From: an uncultured Alphaproteobacteria bacterium | GTDB lineage: Bacteria > Pseudomonadota > Alphaproteobacteria > Rhizobiales > Xanthobacteraceae | Assembly (NCBI GenBank): GCA_963739945.1 | Contig: CAVUCN010000017.1 | Coordinates: 81,689 to 145,688 of the forward strand | Direction of reading: 5' to 3' | Length of the DNA: 64,000 bases | Shown: piece after piece, positions 61,724 to 64,000 of the stretch | Layout: each line of letters starts with the position of its first letter | How positions within the stretch are numbered: the first letter of the stretch is position 1 | The notes under the pieces: model-generated | What the model was told of the DNA's origin: nothing | Seen by the model: only the letters and a program-made list of their open reading frames with translations | Database searches by the model: none | Program-made: the position numbers and the translations under genes

Positions 61724-62698
61724 TGAAGAAATTTCTCGGAGCGACGATCGGTGCCTTGGCCGCGCTGGCCTTGGGCATCGCCGCATTCGATCACGATGCC
61801 TGGTCGCAATCGGCGAGAACGGTCCGCGTCATCCTGCCGGTGCCGCCGGGCGGCGCGATCGACATCTTCTCGCGCATCGTCGCCGAGCAGATTTCGACGG
61901 CCAACGGCATCAACATGATCGTCGAGAGCAAGCCCGGCGCCGGCGGCATCATTGCCGCGGAATACGTGGCGCACGCGCCGCCGGACGGCAATACGCTGTT
62001 GAGCAACAACAACGCCATCATCACCGGCGCGATCCTGCACAAGGTGAACTACGATCCGCTGACCAGCTTCGAACCGATCTGCGATCTGGTCACCACGCCG
62101 CAAATCATCGTCGTCAATGCCGCGTCGCCCTATCGCACGCTCGCCGAGCTGCTCGACGCCGCCCGCGCGAAGCCCGGCGAATTGACGATCGCCAGTGTCG
62201 GGCCGAACACCACGCAGCATATCGGCATCGAACGGCTCAAGCGGCTGGCCCATGCCGACCTGACTTACGTGCCCTATCCCGGCGGCGCGACCATGACCAA
62301 CGCGTTGCTCGGCAACCACGTCAACGCCGCCGTTCTCAACTGGTCGGAGATCGGCCAGCAGATCACCGCAGGAAGTGCCCGCGCTCTGGCGACCATGGCG
62401 GCGCAGCACATCGAGCCGCTGCCCGATCTGCCGACGGTTGCGGAATCCGGCTTTCCGGGTTTCGAGACCGACGTCTGGTTCGGCGTCGTCGCGCCGGCCA
62501 AGACACCGAAAAACGTCACGGCGCAATTGATCGACTGGTTCCGCGCCGCCGTGACGGCGCCGCAGGTCAAGGCAAAGCTGGTCGGATTTCGCGCTCTATC
62601 CCAATCCGAAATGCGGCGCCGACTTCGACGCGCATATTCACCGCCAGTACGAACTTTACACGCAGGCGATCCACGACATCGGCATCAAGGCGGAATAA
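61720..62698 (+). pseudogene. Bug-family (TctC-like) substrate-binding protein; C-terminal frame break near 62589
   Basis: MMKKFLGATIGALAALALGIAAFDHDAWSQSARTVRVILPVPPGGAIDIFSRIVAEQ...VGPNTTQHIGIERLKRLAHADLTYVPYPGGATMTNALLGNHVNAAV... After KAKLVGF, removing one T (ttt) restores ALYPNPKCGADFDAHIHRQYELYTQAIHDIGIKAE with a stop at 62696-62698. The start overlaps the encapsulin stop. Confidence 0.85.
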
Positions 62699-62767
62699 CA
62701 AGCGGCGCGTCAGCCCCGGCGGACAGTCAAGTCGTTATGCAGTCATCTATCGGAAGTGATTACGCCT

Positions 62768-62802
62768 AAAATAAAAGGGCTCCAGGCGTTGACCTGGAGT
62801 CC
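62768..62802 (-). terminator. Candidate intrinsic terminator for the small secreted-protein gene
   Basis: The minus strand reads ggactccagg-tcaacg-cctggagcc followed by CTTTTATTTT. It starts ~30 nt downstream of the stop at 62831. Confidence 0.6.
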
Positions 62803-62830
62803 TCCAATTGTCGCAAACGTACGTGCGCGA

Positions 62831-63037
62831 TCATTCGCCGTGGAGCGAGTACCACTCACGCTCCAGCGCGCTACGGATGCGAACATCCGGATCGGCGCCG
62901 ACAACGGTGCCGTCAACGACGACGTAAGCCGTCGATTGACCGGGAGACTTGGACGAAGGCTTTTGCGCAAAACTGGGCGTCGCCAGCAACACTACCGCCA
63001 GTGCAGAAACAATCAATTTCGCCGATTTCATTTTCAA
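62831..63037 (-). CDS. Small secreted protein of unknown function (68 aa)
   Basis: MKMKSAKLIVSALAVVLLATPSFAQKPSSKSPGQSTAYVVVDGTVVGADPDVRIRSALEREWYSLHGE. It has a clear Sec signal peptide with an AxA-like cleavage site (SFA-Q) and a downstream terminator. Confidence 0.55.
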   Translation of the reverse strand: MKMKSAKLIVSALAVVLLATPSFAQKPSSKSPGQSTAYVVVDGTVVGADPDVRIRSALEREWYSLHGE

Positions 63038-63214
63038 ATCCTCTCCTGTTGTGAGCGCTGCGGATGGGGAAATTTCTGCGACTCACGGCGGGAGCGTTTA
63101 TGCGACCGCCTCTTTATGACTTTGCCGCTCAAATCCAAGGATTTTAGTAGCAATTAAGACAAAAACGTCGATGCTATTGTGGGAACTCGCGCACCCGCAC
63201 GGGGATATTGCGGC

Positions 63215-64000
63215 ATGGCTGACCATATTGACGGGCCGCTCTACTACGAAGCCATGGGCAAGCGCGGCCCGGTGATGGCCTTCGTGCACCCGAACCCGAT
63301 GGACCAGTCATGCTGGATTTTCCAGATGGCGCAGATGTCCACATGGTATCGCTGCATCGCCATTGATCTTCCGGGTTACGGAAGGTCACCGAAGGCCCAC
63401 GCCGGCCTGACCATGGCGCGATATCGCGCAGGCGTGCTGGGAAGCGATTGACGATGCCTACCCGGACGAACGCGCATCCTGGTCGGCTGCTCGATCGGCT
63501 CGTCGATGCTGATCTGGATGCACAACGAGCGCCCGCAGCAAACCGCGGCACTGATCATGTGCGGCACCGGCTACAACCCGGCGAAGGATTTCATCCCGCC
63601 GCGGATCCAGGCTTACGAAGAGCAAGGCATCACTTATCGCTGGGGCTATACGTTCGAGGACTTCAGCCCCGCGTTCCGCGCGACACCGATGGCGCATTTC
63701 TTCGCGGACATGTTCACCGAACGCAACAGGTTCGGCGACGTCGACACCATCATCACCCAGTTCCGGGCCTATCGGGAGCCGGAGCCTGAGGACCATCACG
63801 CCAAAGTCGCCTGCCCGGCCATCATTCTCACCGGCAGCGAGGACAACACGCACAAAACTGCCCGCGCGTTACAGAAGCACATCCGTGGGTGCGAACTGAA
63901 AGTCCTCTACGGTGCTGGCCACGCTTGTCAGATCGAACAGCCCGGGCCGTTCAATCGGCACATGATCGATTTTCTAGGCGCGCACGGGCTGTTTCCCGGA
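63215..64000 (+). pseudogene. Alpha/beta hydrolase; runs off the right edge; two frame breaks (~63418, ~63475)
   Basis: MADHIDGPLYYEAMGKRGPVMAFVHPNPMDQSCWIFQMAQMSTWYRCIAIDLPGYGRSPKAHAGLTM, then DIAQACWEAIDDAYPDER, then ILVGCSIGSSMLIWMHNERPQQTAALIMCGTGYNP...ACPAIILTGSEDNTHKTARALQKHIRGCELKVLYGAGHACQIEQPGPFNRHMIDFL. Confidence 0.75.

Overview
This is a high-GC alphaproteobacterial chromosomal segment. Protein similarities and the REP-like palindromes point to Nitrobacteraceae/Bradyrhizobiaceae, but that assignment rests on recall, not a search. I can support about 65 protein-coding genes and found no rRNA, tRNA, CRISPR array, transposase or integrase.

Gene content, left to right:
- ATP synthase atpH-A-G-(ohr)-D, then recQ preceded by an alphaproteobacterial SOS box.
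- An MFS transporter, a CE4 deacetylase and a DMT transporter.
- A Rieske dioxygenase alpha/beta pair, an ABM protein and a formamidase-like hydrolase.
- mtnA, an MmcB-like gene, an orphan response regulator and regA/regB.
- A COG5553 cupin paired with a multi-rhodanese protein.
- obg, a C13 peptidase, a GNAT, and rpmA-rplU.
- A ~13 kb regulator-less catabolic block (24.7-37.5 kb): Bug/TctC binding proteins, VOC proteins, an FAD monooxygenase, a split TPP decarboxylase plus GNAT, a CoxSML-type molybdenum hydroxylase and a CE4 deacetylase.
- An ABC exporter, an aldo/keto reductase, maeB, a GMC oxidoreductase, a dipeptidase, mtgA and rpmF.
- Two GGDEF-EAL proteins, then phaR-phaA-phaB.
- A cNMP-domain thioredoxin-reductase-like gene, a Gfo/Idh/MocA gene, gloB and a methyltransferase.
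- A DyP-peroxidase/encapsulin operon, a fourth Bug protein and a truncated alpha/beta hydrolase.

The clearest discrete system is the family-1 encapsulin with DyP cargo. This is a known class, not a new one. I did not find a convincing multi-gene system of entirely unknown type.

About 27 single-base frame breaks interrupt otherwise well-conserved genes, including the essential atpD and atpA. At least nine sit at short homopolymer runs, so I read them as assembly or sequencing indels rather than biology. Interrupted genes are listed as type pseudogene because that is what the sequence literally shows. Frame-break positions are good to about +/-10 nt.

Other structure not explained by the genes:
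- A degenerate duplication of the phaB 3' end brackets an orphan ORF.
- Two tandem ~70-nt palindromic units lie inside the catabolic block.
- An 18-nt palindrome-containing motif is shared by two divergent promoter regions.
- There are several short tandem repeats and three REP-like families.

All calls come from reading translations by eye. No searches or computations were run.
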